From Vicinamibacteria bacterium (lineage in GTDB: Bacteria > Acidobacteriota > Vicinamibacteria > Marinacidobacterales > Marinacidobacteraceae), in assembly GCA_963422395.1 (NCBI GenBank), contig OY729431.1, forward strand, positions 1,984,001-2,048,000: DNA of 64,000 bases, given 5' to 3'. Positions 1 through 9,289 of this stretch are shown one piece after another. Numbering within the stretch: the first letter of the stretch is position 1; every line of letters begins with the position of its first letter. The notes under the pieces are model-generated. The model was not told the origin of the DNA, did not search any database, and was given only the letters and a program-made list of their open reading frames with translations. The position numbers and the translations under genes were made by a program.

Positions 1-1799
1 TCGTGATGCCAGCCCGGGCGGAGACGCACCAGCTCGCGGTAGAGCTCGATGCAGATGCGCCGGCTCATGCAGACCACCATCGCCTTGCCGTCCATCGCTT
101 CCCGGCGCTGCTCGAAGTGCTCGACGATGTCCCGGGCGATGCAGGCGAGGCGCCGCGAGGCGCCGACGACCGCTTCGAGCTGAGCCCACTTCCTCTTGAG
201 CTTCTCCTGGCGCTCGACCTCCTCGCCCTCGGTCGCTTCCTCGAAGCCGGAGTCGAGGTTGGGCCGCTCGCGCTCGTCGAGCGCCAGTCGGGCGAGTCGG
301 CTCTCGTAGTAGATCGGTACCGTCGCGCCGTCCTCGACCGCCCGCTGGATGTCGTAGATGCTGATGTGGTCGCCGAACACCGCGCGGGTGCTGGCGTCGG
401 CCCGCTCGATCGGCGTTCCGGTGAAGCCGACGAACGAGGCGTTGGGGAGGGCGTCACGCAGGTGCCCGGCATAGCCGGCGATGAAGTCGTACTGGCTGCG
501 GTGTGCTTCGTCGGCGATCACCACGATGTTGTGCCGGTTCGACAACAGCGGATGCCGGTCTCCCTTCTCCTCGGAGAAGAACTTCTGGATGGTGGTGAAC
601 ACCACGCCTCCCGACCCGACGGCGAGCTTCCTCCGCAGGTCCGTGCGGCTCGCCGCCTGGACCGGGGACTGGTGCAGCAGGTCGGTGCAGCGCGAGAAGG
701 TGGAGAAGAGCTGGTCGTCGAGGTCATTGCGGTCGGTCAGCACGACGACGGTCGGGTTCTCCATCGCTGGCTCGCAGACGATGCGTCCAGCGTAGAACGC
801 CATCGTCAGGCTCTTGCCCGAGCCCTGGGTGTGCCAGACGACGCCGATACGCCGGTCGCCCGGCTCGCCGCCCGGCTGGCGGCCGGTTTCGTAGCGCCCG
901 CGCGGCTCGCGCACCCCATCGAAGTCCTCCCGCTGCAGTCGGGCCGCGCGCAAGGTTTCGGCGACCGCCCTCTCCACCGCGTGGAACTGGTGGTAGCCCG
1001 CCGCCTTCTTGACGAGCGCACCGCTCCCGTCGTCCTCGAACACGAGGAAACCGCGGAGGAACCGGAGGAATCGGCGCTTCTCGAAGACCCCCTCGATGAG
1101 TACCCGGATTCCCGGGTAGAAGGTGGGCGCCAATTCCTCGCCGGAGATCGTCCGCCAGGGTTTGAACCATTCCCTCCCGGCGTTCAGCGTGCCGAGCCGC
1201 GCCTCCGAACCGTCCGAGACGGCCAGCACCGCATTGCAGGCGAACAGCGACGGAATCTCCGCCTGGTAGGTCTGCAGCTGCTGGAAGGCCGACTCGATCG
1301 TCGCCTTCTCGTCCGCGGGATTCTTCAGCTCGATCACCCCGAGCGGCAGGCCGTTGACGAACAACACGATGTCGGGCCGGCGCCGGTGCCGGTTCTCGAC
1401 GACGGTGAACTGGTTCACCGCCAGCCAGTCGTTGCCGGAGGGATCCTCGAAGTCGATCGCCCGAACCTGCTTGCCCCGGACCGCGCCGCGGTCGTCCCGG
1501 TACTCCACCGCCACCCCGTCCACCAGCATCCGGTGGGAAGCTCGGTTACGGGCCGCGAGCGTCGCGCCTTCTGGGCGGGTCAGCTTGCGGAAGGCGTCTT
1601 CGAGAGTCTCGGCGGGCAGCTCGGGATTCAGCCGCGCCAGCGCACCACTGAGGATCGGCGCAAAGAAAGCATCCTCGCGAGATGCGCGCAGGGCGCCCGG
1701 TCCCGGCGGCAGGTCCGGCCCGCTGACGACATCGTAGTCCAACCCACGAAACCAATCGAGAGCGGCCTCCTCGACGACCGACTCCGATATTCCGGCCAT
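1..1799 (-). CDS. hsdR: Type I restriction enzyme R subunit (3' end beyond window)
   Basis: Not in the ORF track; hand translation from ATG 1799 gives [17 protein letters not shown]...[22 protein letters not shown]...QQLQTY (HsdR nuclease), [12 protein letters not shown] (Walker A), [11 protein letters not shown] and GFTGTP. Confidence 0.95.
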   Translation of the reverse strand, partial: MAGISESVVEEAALDWFRGLDYDVVSGPDLPPGPGALRASREDAFFAPILSGALARLNPELPAETLEDAFRKLTRPEGATLAARNRASHRMLVDGVAVEYRDDRGAVRGKQVRAIDFEDPSGNDWLAVNQFTVVENRHRRRPDIVLFVNGLPLGVIELKNPADEKATIESAFQQLQTYQAEIPSLFACNAVLAVSDGSEARLGTLNAGREWFKPWRTISGEELAPTFYPGIRVLIEGVFEKRRFLRFLRGFLVFEDDGSGALVKKAAGYHQFHAVERAVAETLRAARLQREDFDGVREPRGRYETGRQPGGEPGDRRIGVVWHTQGSGKSLTMAFYAGRIVCEPAMENPTVVVLTDRNDLDDQLFSTFSRCTDLLHQSPVQAASRTDLRRKLAVGSGGVVFTTIQKFFSEEKGDRHPLLSNRHNIVVIADEAHRSQYDFIAGYAGHLRDALPNASFVGFTGTPIERADASTRAVFGDHISIYDIQRAVEDGATVPIYYESRLARLALDERERPNLDSGFEEATEGEEVERQEKLKRKWAQLEAVVGASRRLACIARDIVEHFEQRREAMDGKAMVVCMSRRICIELYRELVRLRPGWHH

Positions 1800-1803
1800 G
1801 CAC

Positions 1804-2499
1804 TCATCCCCTTTCCTGCTGCGTTTCGTGCTGCGGTGGCAAATCTTCGAGGCGTTGCATCCAGCCATCGAAGTGGCGGCACTCGGCCCGCATGCGCGGA
1901 ATGCCTATGCGTCCGGAGATGTCGGCGCCGTGTAGCACCTTGCGATATCTCGGGGTCAGGTGCTTCAAGCGAGCCGAGGGGTGCGTGGTGCTGCCCTCGT
2001 TGACATGCTCCGGACTCTTGGCCGACTGTCTTGCCGCCGCGAGCTGTCCGGCGAACTTGCGCCAGGAAGGTTCGGCTTCCTCGAATCTCGAAATCTCCGA
2101 GAACAGCAGAGATTCGAACTCGCAGGGTTGGATGTGAGGAAAAAATCGGTCGGAGCGGCACTCGGCCTTTTGAACGACTTCCGCATGGAAAACGCTTTCG
2201 ATACTCGCCGCACGTTCGATCGGATCGGAATTCGTTGCCTTCGAGTGCCCGGGGAAGTTTCGAGGAAGCCCGTACAGATCGAAGAAAGTCGTCACATAAG
2301 TATCCTTTCGTTCCCGCAAGGTATTGCGAAGAAAGTGAAATACCCGTTGGTGGTTGAGCGCCCCGCCCTTTGCAACGCGAGAGGTGGCGATGAGTCGGGG
2401 CTGGACGAACACCTGCCGATCTGCCAGGAAGGGGCCGAGCACCCTATTCGTGAAGGTCTCCTCGGTCTGGCCTTCGCAGACGATCACGATTTCCTTCAT
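1804..2499 (-). CDS. DUF4276-family TOPRIM-like protein
   Basis: N-terminal [17 protein letters not shown] and EFESLLFS motifs; directly downstream of an ABC-type ATPase. Confidence 0.8.
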   Translation of the reverse strand: MKEIVIVCEGQTEETFTNRVLGPFLADRQVFVQPRLIATSRVAKGGALNHQRVFHFLRNTLRERKDTYVTTFFDLYGLPRNFPGHSKATNSDPIERAASIESVFHAEVVQKAECRSDRFFPHIQPCEFESLLFSEISRFEEAEPSWRKFAGQLAAARQSAKSPEHVNEGSTTHPSARLKHLTPRYRKVLHGADISGRIGIPRMRAECRHFDGWMQRLEDLPPQHETQQERG

Positions 2500-2509
2500 C
2501 CTTCTGGCC

Positions 2510-3601
2510 TCACTCTTCTGGCCTGCCGCCGAGTATGTTCATCTTCCACAGATCACCCAGCGAATACTCGGCCAGCCAGTCGGTCAGACGATCGGGGTCC
2601 AGCCGCTCGAAAACCGACTCTCCGTTTTTCCGGTTGACGACCAGGACCTCTTCCGGCGTCAGTTGGCTGACGAGCTCCGCCGACTGGGTCGAGACGATGA
2701 CCTGTCGCGCGTCGCTGGCATGGCGGAGCATTTCGGCGAGCAGGGTGAGAGCGTAGGGGTGCAGGCCCAGCTCCGGCTCGTCGATGAGGATCAAGTCGGG
2801 CTGCAGCTGCGTCGGCTGGAGAAGCAGGGTCGCCAGGCAGAGGAACCGGAGCGTCCCGTCCGAAAGCTGGCGAGGCCCGAACACGGTGTCCGAGTCGTTT
2901 GCATGGTGCCATTCGAGATCCAGTCGTTCCCCCACCCTCTCGCGATAGAGGAAGTCGCCGAAGAACGGCGCGGTCAGCCGGATCGCCTCGACGATCTGGC
3001 GAAAATGGTCGCCGTGATGCTCGCGCAACCGACGCAGGAACGGCGCGAGATTGCCCGCGTCGGGCTTGAGCCGGAGGTCGTCGCGCAGGGCCTGCTTCCT
3101 GCGCACTCGCGCCTCGGCGCTGGTGTCGTGGAAGTGGTACACCCGCCAGCCGGCGATGGCCTTGCGCACATAGGGTGCAAAAGTGTCCTTCCCCTCCTCG
3201 TCCATATCCCTGAGATTCGACTCGTCGTGGCCGCTGCCCAGGGAGTGGGAAAAATCTCCATGGTCGCCGAAGAACTGCGTCTCCTCCTTCTCGAACACGA
3301 GGCGGTCCCCGGTCGGCACGAGGGAAAAGCGGTAGGCATTCCTGTCGAATACGAACTCGGCATCGATACGGTCGGTCCGCTTCCTGCCGCCGAACAACAA
3401 TGCATCCGGTCCGTCCTGTTCAGCGGCGAAGAGTTGCAGGCGCCGGTCTGCCGCGCAGGACAACATGCGGAACAGGTCGATGAAGTTGGTCTTGCCGGCG
3501 CCGTTGGGGCCGATCAGGACATTCAGCGACCCCGGTTCGAAGTCTTCCAGCGCGCGGATCGACTTGAAGCCGCGAACGGCAAGGCGGTCTAGCCGAGGCA
3601 T
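2510..3601 (-). CDS. AAA_21/SMC-like ABC-type ATPase
   Basis: RGFKSI, Walker A GPNGAGKTN, signature LSDGT, Walker B LILIDEPELGLHP, STQS; likely start MPRLDRL at 3601. Confidence 0.9.
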   Translation of the reverse strand: MPRLDRLAVRGFKSIRALEDFEPGSLNVLIGPNGAGKTNFIDLFRMLSCAADRRLQLFAAEQDGPDALLFGGRKRTDRIDAEFVFDRNAYRFSLVPTGDRLVFEKEETQFFGDHGDFSHSLGSGHDESNLRDMDEEGKDTFAPYVRKAIAGWRVYHFHDTSAEARVRRKQALRDDLRLKPDAGNLAPFLRRLREHHGDHFRQIVEAIRLTAPFFGDFLYRERVGERLDLEWHHANDSDTVFGPRQLSDGTLRFLCLATLLLQPTQLQPDLILIDEPELGLHPYALTLLAEMLRHASDARQVIVSTQSAELVSQLTPEEVLVVNRKNGESVFERLDPDRLTDWLAEYSLGDLWKMNILGGRPEE

Positions 3602-3627
3602 GGAGCTCGCAAGACAGCGTAGGCGGT

Positions 3628-4770
3628 TCAGTCGCCTCGCGACTCCGGTTCGTCGTCGCAAATGACTTCGATCAGGCGCGGATTCAGCAGCCTCCACCGC
3701 TGCTTCATGCGCTCCAGGTCGCCCTTCAGCACGACCAGCGCCCGGTCGTGGTGGGCCTTAACTGCTCTTCGATAGTCCCGTTGCTCCAGAACCGCCGCAA
3801 CCGATTGTCGTCGTCCATCGATGACTGCCGTCATATGGATCGTTCCTTCGTCGTCCGCCTCCCCGCGCTTCAGGAGGCGAACGAAGCCGTGGAGACTCAC
3901 ATCCGGCCGCGGCGCGCGATCGCGGAAAGAGCGCGCCGCTTCGCGCAGCAGAGCTGCATCCGAACTGCCGAACCGAACGATGTGTCCCGGCACTTTCCCT
4001 GTCACCGGTCGTGTTCGAGCCCACGAAACGCCGATGTCCAGCGTCGGAAACGGTTCGATGAGCCGGACCAATGCCTCACACAGATTGGCGCTCACCCCGT
4101 CGTCCACTGCCGCCTCGAAGGAGCCTGTCTCACCGGCAGCCGCGCGTTCTGCCGCCCCACGGACCGCGGTGAGCGCCTCGACCAGCCGCCTCGTCATTCG
4201 GCGTTCGATCGGGGCATTCTGATCGTCCGGATCGGGAAAAAGCGTCGGGATCGGCGGCGGAACGACCGGCGTCAGCAGTGTCACCACGAAGCTCCCCTGC
4301 TCGGTCTGTCCCAAGCGTACCTTTCGCAACAGATCCGCCGCCTCCCGGTTCGCGCCCGCGCGATAGACCGGCCGCGGGTCGTGGAGTGAACACGCCGCCG
4401 AAAGCAGCAGGTCGTGGGCACCGCCGATGAGGTCCAAGCCGTCGTTCAACATCACGCTGCCGTCGTCGCTCTCTGTCGCTCGGACGCGGACGATGTCGCG
4501 GTCCACAGTCACGAGCGATCGATAGACGGTCAACTCGTCCTGACCGGCTACTTTCGCGAAAGTTTCGATCAACGCCGCCACGACGCTCGCGTAGTCGCCG
4601 AGGCGCTCCGTGCGCGGGACGAGGATCTCCGGCCGCTCCTCTCCTGCATAGACATCCGAGTGCACCCGGTACGGCTCCTGTCGGCTCCATCCAGCGGCAC
4701 GAGCGTACGCGGACAACGCCGCCGGCGAAACGGCCAGCAGCGCATCCAGGTCGTGAATGCTCACTCGCAT
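3628..4770 (-). CDS. Conserved hypothetical protein, partner of DUF4365-like gene
   Basis: 380-aa ORF with globular composition; start overlaps the upstream stop by 1 nt; possible C-terminal OB-like beta domain. Confidence 0.7.
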   Translation of the reverse strand: MRVSIHDLDALLAVSPAALSAYARAAGWSRQEPYRVHSDVYAGEERPEILVPRTERLGDYASVVAALIETFAKVAGQDELTVYRSLVTVDRDIVRVRATESDDGSVMLNDGLDLIGGAHDLLLSAACSLHDPRPVYRAGANREAADLLRKVRLGQTEQGSFVVTLLTPVVPPPIPTLFPDPDDQNAPIERRMTRRLVEALTAVRGAAERAAAGETGSFEAAVDDGVSANLCEALVRLIEPFPTLDIGVSWARTRPVTGKVPGHIVRFGSSDAALLREAARSFRDRAPRPDVSLHGFVRLLKRGEADDEGTIHMTAVIDGRRQSVAAVLEQRDYRRAVKAHHDRALVVLKGDLERMKQRWRLLNPRLIEVICDDEPESRGD

Positions 4771-5081
4771 CAGATTTCCCCCTTCCGGGACTTCTGCATG
4801 AGTTTTCGTAACGCCTCGATGTCGAAAATATTCTGTTCCGGAAGGCGAACCGTGACGGTCTTCCGTCCGATGACTTCGTCGTGCCCCTGCTGTAGGTTCA
4901 GCCAGTAGGCAAGGCGCCGCAGAACGAGTTCTTCGGCGGTCACAGTCGAAACGACATCCACCGCGACTCGCCTTCCTTCTGGCAACTCGAGGACCACGAG
5001 TGCGCGTGTCGCCACGGCCCTGGCGTAGACGAGGGACAATCCCTCCTTCTGGTCCGGATCGGTGAGCAGCGTGTCCGTCAT
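4770..5081 (-). pseudogene. DUF4365-like protein with apparent in-frame internal deletion
   Basis: N-terminus DQKEGLSLVYARAVA and C-terminus LVVLELP...LVLRRLAYWLNL...TVTVRLPEQNIFD resemble DUF4365; only 103 aa and no central D..D/QLK nuclease core. Confidence 0.6.
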
Positions 5082-5181
5082 GAGATAGCTCCGATCAGAT
5101 TCCTAGCGTCTCACACCCGCAGCTCGTCGGACTCCAGCTTCGGCAGCAGCGCATCGTGCCAGGCGGTGGGATTTCGCCGCC

Positions 5182-6921
5182 TCACAGTTCGAATGGCTGG
5201 TATTCCACCAACGTGGACCGACCGATGAGGTCGACGATGGTTACCGAAAATTCGGCACCGAACGCGTCGGTGAGCCTCATCGCTTTGCCCAGTCGAAAAG
5301 AGACCGGCTGCTGCCGTCCCTCGTCGATGGCGATATTGTCTGCGTACAGATAAGTCCGGTCCGAAGTATCCCGTTTAGGATTCAACCGCCCGCGCAGGCC
5401 GGGAATATGTCCGGCGCCCTGGGAGAAGATAGCCGCACCTCCCTTCGGGAGAGGACGGAGCTCCATGAGAAGCCCTCCTCCGTCCGGTCTCCACCCCCGT
5501 TCGATCCCCGCAGAATATCCAGGCGCCGCGGCGTAAACGGTCATCGGTAGATGCGCCGTGTACAGACCGAGAGCGGCTTCGCCAGCTTCATCGGTCGTCG
5601 CCCGCTGCCAGGTATCGTTCGGGAAGAGTGCCAGAACTTCCACTTCTGGTAGAGGCACTCCCTCCGAGTGCACCGTGACCGTCGCAGTGGAAGGAATCCT
5701 TTGGAGTTTTGCCGCCGGTATGCTCAAGATCAAGCTGGATTCATCCAACATCTCATATTTCGGCAGGATACCGGCAGTTTTTCTGGTCTTCTCCAGGATG
5801 ATCGAGACGCCGTCGCCCCGTCGTTCCATCAGGTAACGGCGGTGGGTCGATCCGGGGACTCCGCCAACGGGAATTCGTCCGAACACGGAAGCGATCACCT
5901 CGTTGCGTGTCGCCTGGCTGGCACCCATGCTTTCTATGGTCATGCCGTTGGGAAGCTGGCCGGGCGATTCGATCTCGAGGCGGTCATCGAACATCGACAA
6001 CCGGATACGACGCGATTCCATGGAGTAGTCGCGGTGGACGACTGCGTTGACCACCGCTTCGAAAACCGCGGCGATGCTGTACTGCGGTACATCCTCCCGT
6101 TCTGGCAGCTTGCGTGCCGCAACGCGCATGTTTCGAACGACGAACTTCACCGCGTCGGCGATCTGGACTGGAAGCGGTCCGACGATTTCCTGGTCGTCCA
6201 ACTGTTCGGAAGTACGGGTTCTTCCCCGGTAACACTTCGCGAAGATGGCGGCTTGCGGGATCCATTCCTGCGGCGATCGGGCACAGAGCAATACGCCGGC
6301 TCTCGTGGCTCGATCCACACCGGTTTCCTCATGCGCCAAAAGGCGAAGATTCTTCAACCCCCGGCGAGGGTCCGCCGCGCCCGCCACGCTGAGGAGCGGC
6401 TCCCACAGACTCTCGTCGAGCGTCTCGAAGCCCGTCTCCGGAACGACTTGCCTGTCGTACCACAGGAAACGGCTCTGCGCTCGGTTCTGTGCCAGCCTCA
6501 GGCGCTCGTCGCCGTCGAGGCGGCGCTTGGTCGCACCTACCCGGAGGAAAGCGCGCCCGGCCCGCTCGTGAACAGTGCCGCCTCGCGGGATTTCGACGAG
6601 CAGGAAAGCCTCGCCGTCGAGTTCTCGATGGTGGACCTCGATTCGCAGAGAAGGATGGATCGTATCGGTAGCGATCTCCACCAGCAGTCGGTCGAGTGCT
6701 GTCAGCTGTTCCCGAGACATCCCTCGAATCCGCCCATCGTCGGATACCCCGCACAGGAGGAAGCCGCCGCTTCCGTTGGCGAAAGCTCCCATCTCATCGG
6801 CGAGATCGCCTCTTGCGGGGCTGGTCGGGATATCGCCCCTGAATTCGATCTGCTCGAATTCCCAGCGGCTGTCCTCACCCAACCGCATCTGCCGTCGGAT
6901 GACCTCGTCGCGGACCGTCAT
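5182..6921 (-). CDS. Schlafen/AlbA_2 + HATPase_c_4 (RecG-C-like) protein with C-terminal beta-sandwich extension
   Basis: GEDSRWEF, AFANGSGG.LLCGVSDDG (AlbA_2); EAVVNAVVHRDY, DRLEIESPG, RNEVIA, ERRGDG (HATPase_c_4). Confidence 0.85.
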   Translation of the reverse strand: MTVRDEVIRRQMRLGEDSRWEFEQIEFRGDIPTSPARGDLADEMGAFANGSGGFLLCGVSDDGRIRGMSREQLTALDRLLVEIATDTIHPSLRIEVHHRELDGEAFLLVEIPRGGTVHERAGRAFLRVGATKRRLDGDERLRLAQNRAQSRFLWYDRQVVPETGFETLDESLWEPLLSVAGAADPRRGLKNLRLLAHEETGVDRATRAGVLLCARSPQEWIPQAAIFAKCYRGRTRTSEQLDDQEIVGPLPVQIADAVKFVVRNMRVAARKLPEREDVPQYSIAAVFEAVVNAVVHRDYSMESRRIRLSMFDDRLEIESPGQLPNGMTIESMGASQATRNEVIASVFGRIPVGGVPGSTHRRYLMERRGDGVSIILEKTRKTAGILPKYEMLDESSLILSIPAAKLQRIPSTATVTVHSEGVPLPEVEVLALFPNDTWQRATTDEAGEAALGLYTAHLPMTVYAAAPGYSAGIERGWRPDGGGLLMELRPLPKGGAAIFSQGAGHIPGLRGRLNPKRDTSDRTYLYADNIAIDEGRQQPVSFRLGKAMRLTDAFGAEFSVTIVDLIGRSTLVEYQPFEL

Positions 6922-6982
6922 GGTCAGGTTTTCGCGCCTCTACGCGCCCAGACAGGCAAGGCCGAGCAGAGTGTGATGTGGA

Positions 6983-8865
6983 TCACGCAAAGGTATCGAC
7001 GACCTTCTCGGCCTCATGCACCCGCAGCTCGCCAGAAATCAGCTTCGGCAGCAGGGTGTCGCGCAGGGCAGAGAGAGTGTGACTTGTCAATTCGTTGGTA
7101 ACTTGACGCTCCAACAATTTTCCGAACAGACCGGATATCTGAACGAGTAATCGATCAGAAGGAACGACACACAAGGCATCCGTCAGGTGATGTCGTCTGA
7201 TATGTCCCATCGTTGTCGCTTTGTCTTTGGCAATTCGTTGAAATTCTTGAAAATGTGACAAAATACTATGCAAATAAAACCACTTGGAATATTTATTCGA
7301 TGTCACCTTGAATAGATGTTGATTCAAAGCTGCTCTCCCACCGCACCATATTCGAACCAAAAGACTGCCTGACCAAGAAAACACGATATCGCCGTTCTCG
7401 ATAATGCATTTTGGATTTATGTTCGCTCTTGCCCATTCTCCGCTATTTGTTTCACCAGCTCGTAGTTGAGATATCTTGACTACGGGCAAGCGTTCCTCAT
7501 GCTGCGACGGAGAAAATTTCTGAAGGGAAAGTCCGTTCTGAAAGAAGGCGATCGAATCAAGCGCCCTCACCGTCCAGCCTTCCGGTATCTCGCCCAACTC
7601 GGAGTCCACCAGCGGTCGGGGAAGAGGGCGGCGAGGTGCGGCGGCAGACCGGTATCGCGGCCCTGCATCTTCGCCCGCACCGGGTCGAAGGCGACGAACC
7701 AGGACTGGAACAGCGCCCGGGCCATCGCCTCCAGCGTCTCGTTCATCCGCCGGTTCCGCTCGATCTTGTCGTCGAGCGTCCCGAGGACGTGCGCAATGGC
7801 GCAGCGTTCCGACTGCGGAGGCCATGGCAGGGAGAGCGATTCCAAGTCCTTCCTGGTGGCGTTTCCGAAGACTGAACCGCTATCCTCCAGTACGTTCCAG
7901 GACGACTCCATGTGTCGAAGGCAGAACTCGAGATATCGAGTGTCGGATCGAACGAATGGCTTGATGATCGCTAATCCACGACCAGCAGCGCATTCCAGGT
8001 CGGCAATGTTCACTCGACCAATTGGCGCACGTACGCTGAAAAGAATCTCCCCAGGTCGTGCTACACGAGAAGGTGCCGAGCAGAACACTCTAGGCGACGG
8101 GTGGCGATAGTTGAAGTCCTTGACTCCCTGAAAGAACGGCAGCCCATTGCCGTCGCCGTTGTAAGTCGAACCTGGTGGGGACTGTCCCATGACCAGTTCG
8201 GCGATATCCCGTAGACGTTTCCGCCTGCGATCCGTCGTCGAACTTCGTTCAACTTTCGTCCCTAGCACCACGTAGTCGCGCTCGATCTCCCGCTGAAACC
8301 GCTTCGGCAGGCGCACCCAGTCGCGGGCTTCGACGAGGAAGGGGATGTTCGACTCGCGCACGGCCTCCTCGAAATCGCCTACCTGACCGATCGGGATTTC
8401 TTCCAGGCCCGGACCGCGCAGCACGAGGTCGAGATCGCTGCCGTCGTGGCTTCGCCCGTTCACCCGGCTGCCGTAGGCCCAGACTGCGACACCCGGCAGG
8501 TGCTCCCGCAGCAGCGTTTCCAGTACCCGTCGGTGGTTGGCGGCGAGATGGAGCCGATCAGCCGGCAACTGTACCCGCTGCTCCGTCACGATACGCCTGA
8601 ATCGTTCGCCGATTCGCCTGACGTCCACGATGTCCACAGCGAAGGGAAGATCCGAATCCTCGAACGCCGCTTCCATCGCAAACAGGTGCTGTTCCGCGAT
8701 GCTGGTATCTCCCTCCAGAGCGAGATCGAGGTCGGACGAATCTTTCGTCATCCAGTTGGCGCGGCTCCCGAAGACCCAGACCCTGACGCCGCCCGGCAGA
8801 TGCCGATGCAACACGTCCTGGACGATGCGCAGGTGATCGGCGCGGATGTCAATCGGCGGCGTCAA
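6983..8865 (-). CDS. hsdS: MNT-MNT-HsdS fusion (type I specificity subunit with two N-terminal nucleotidyltransferase domains), frameshifted near 7612
   Basis: From TTG 8865: two GSx10DxD MNT domains, TRD1 (MGQSPPG...FSVRAPIG), then conserved region LDDKIERNRRMNETLEAMARALFQSWFV..LFPDR; the frame then shifts to LVDSELGEIPEGW, TRD2 and LRDTLLPKLISGEL. Confidence 0.85.
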
Positions 8866-9289
8866 GGGATTCGTTCCTCTGATGCAGCTGATCCCGGAGA
8901 TATCTGGCCTCACCGACGAAGTCCGGGACGATCTCGAAGACCACCCGCGCCTTGTCTCCGTCGTAGGTGTGGCTGGTTGTGCTCCGGTGCTTACGGTACT
9001 CCTTCCAGATGGACAACTCGGACCGCACCAATCCCCGCCGGAAGGCTTCACGCATGATGGCGCTGAAGCTCATTTCATCGAACTGGGCCGGATTCTCGGA
9101 GACTTGTTCCAGATGGCGCTTGACCATCTTGAATGACAATTCGTAGGTGAACTCGAAGGCTTGGATTGCGGCAGCTCTGAGGTGCAGCTTGAGAGCGGGG
9201 TAGCGTGACGCGATGTCCGAGCCGTGGTACTCCAGAGCTCCCTCCAACTGGGCGAGCGCATCATCGAGCGGCGTCAGGTCGAGTCTCAT
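8849..9289 (-). CDS. HEPN protein (HI0074-like nucleotidyltransferase substrate-binding/toxin subunit)
   Basis: [15 protein letters not shown]...[13 protein letters not shown]...RSTTSHTY (RX4HXY); ATGA overlap with the hsdM stop. Confidence 0.9.
   Translation of the reverse strand: MRLDLTPLDDALAQLEGALEYHGSDIASRYPALKLHLRAAAIQAFEFTYELSFKMVKRHLEQVSENPAQFDEMSFSAIMREAFRRGLVRSELSIWKEYRKHRSTTSHTYDGDKARVVFEIVPDFVGEARYLRDQLHQRNESLDAAD

Noticed and set aside
3-2003. 666-aa plus-strand ORF
   Set aside because: Antisense shadow of hsdR, whose motifs are on the minus strand; no recognisable motifs.
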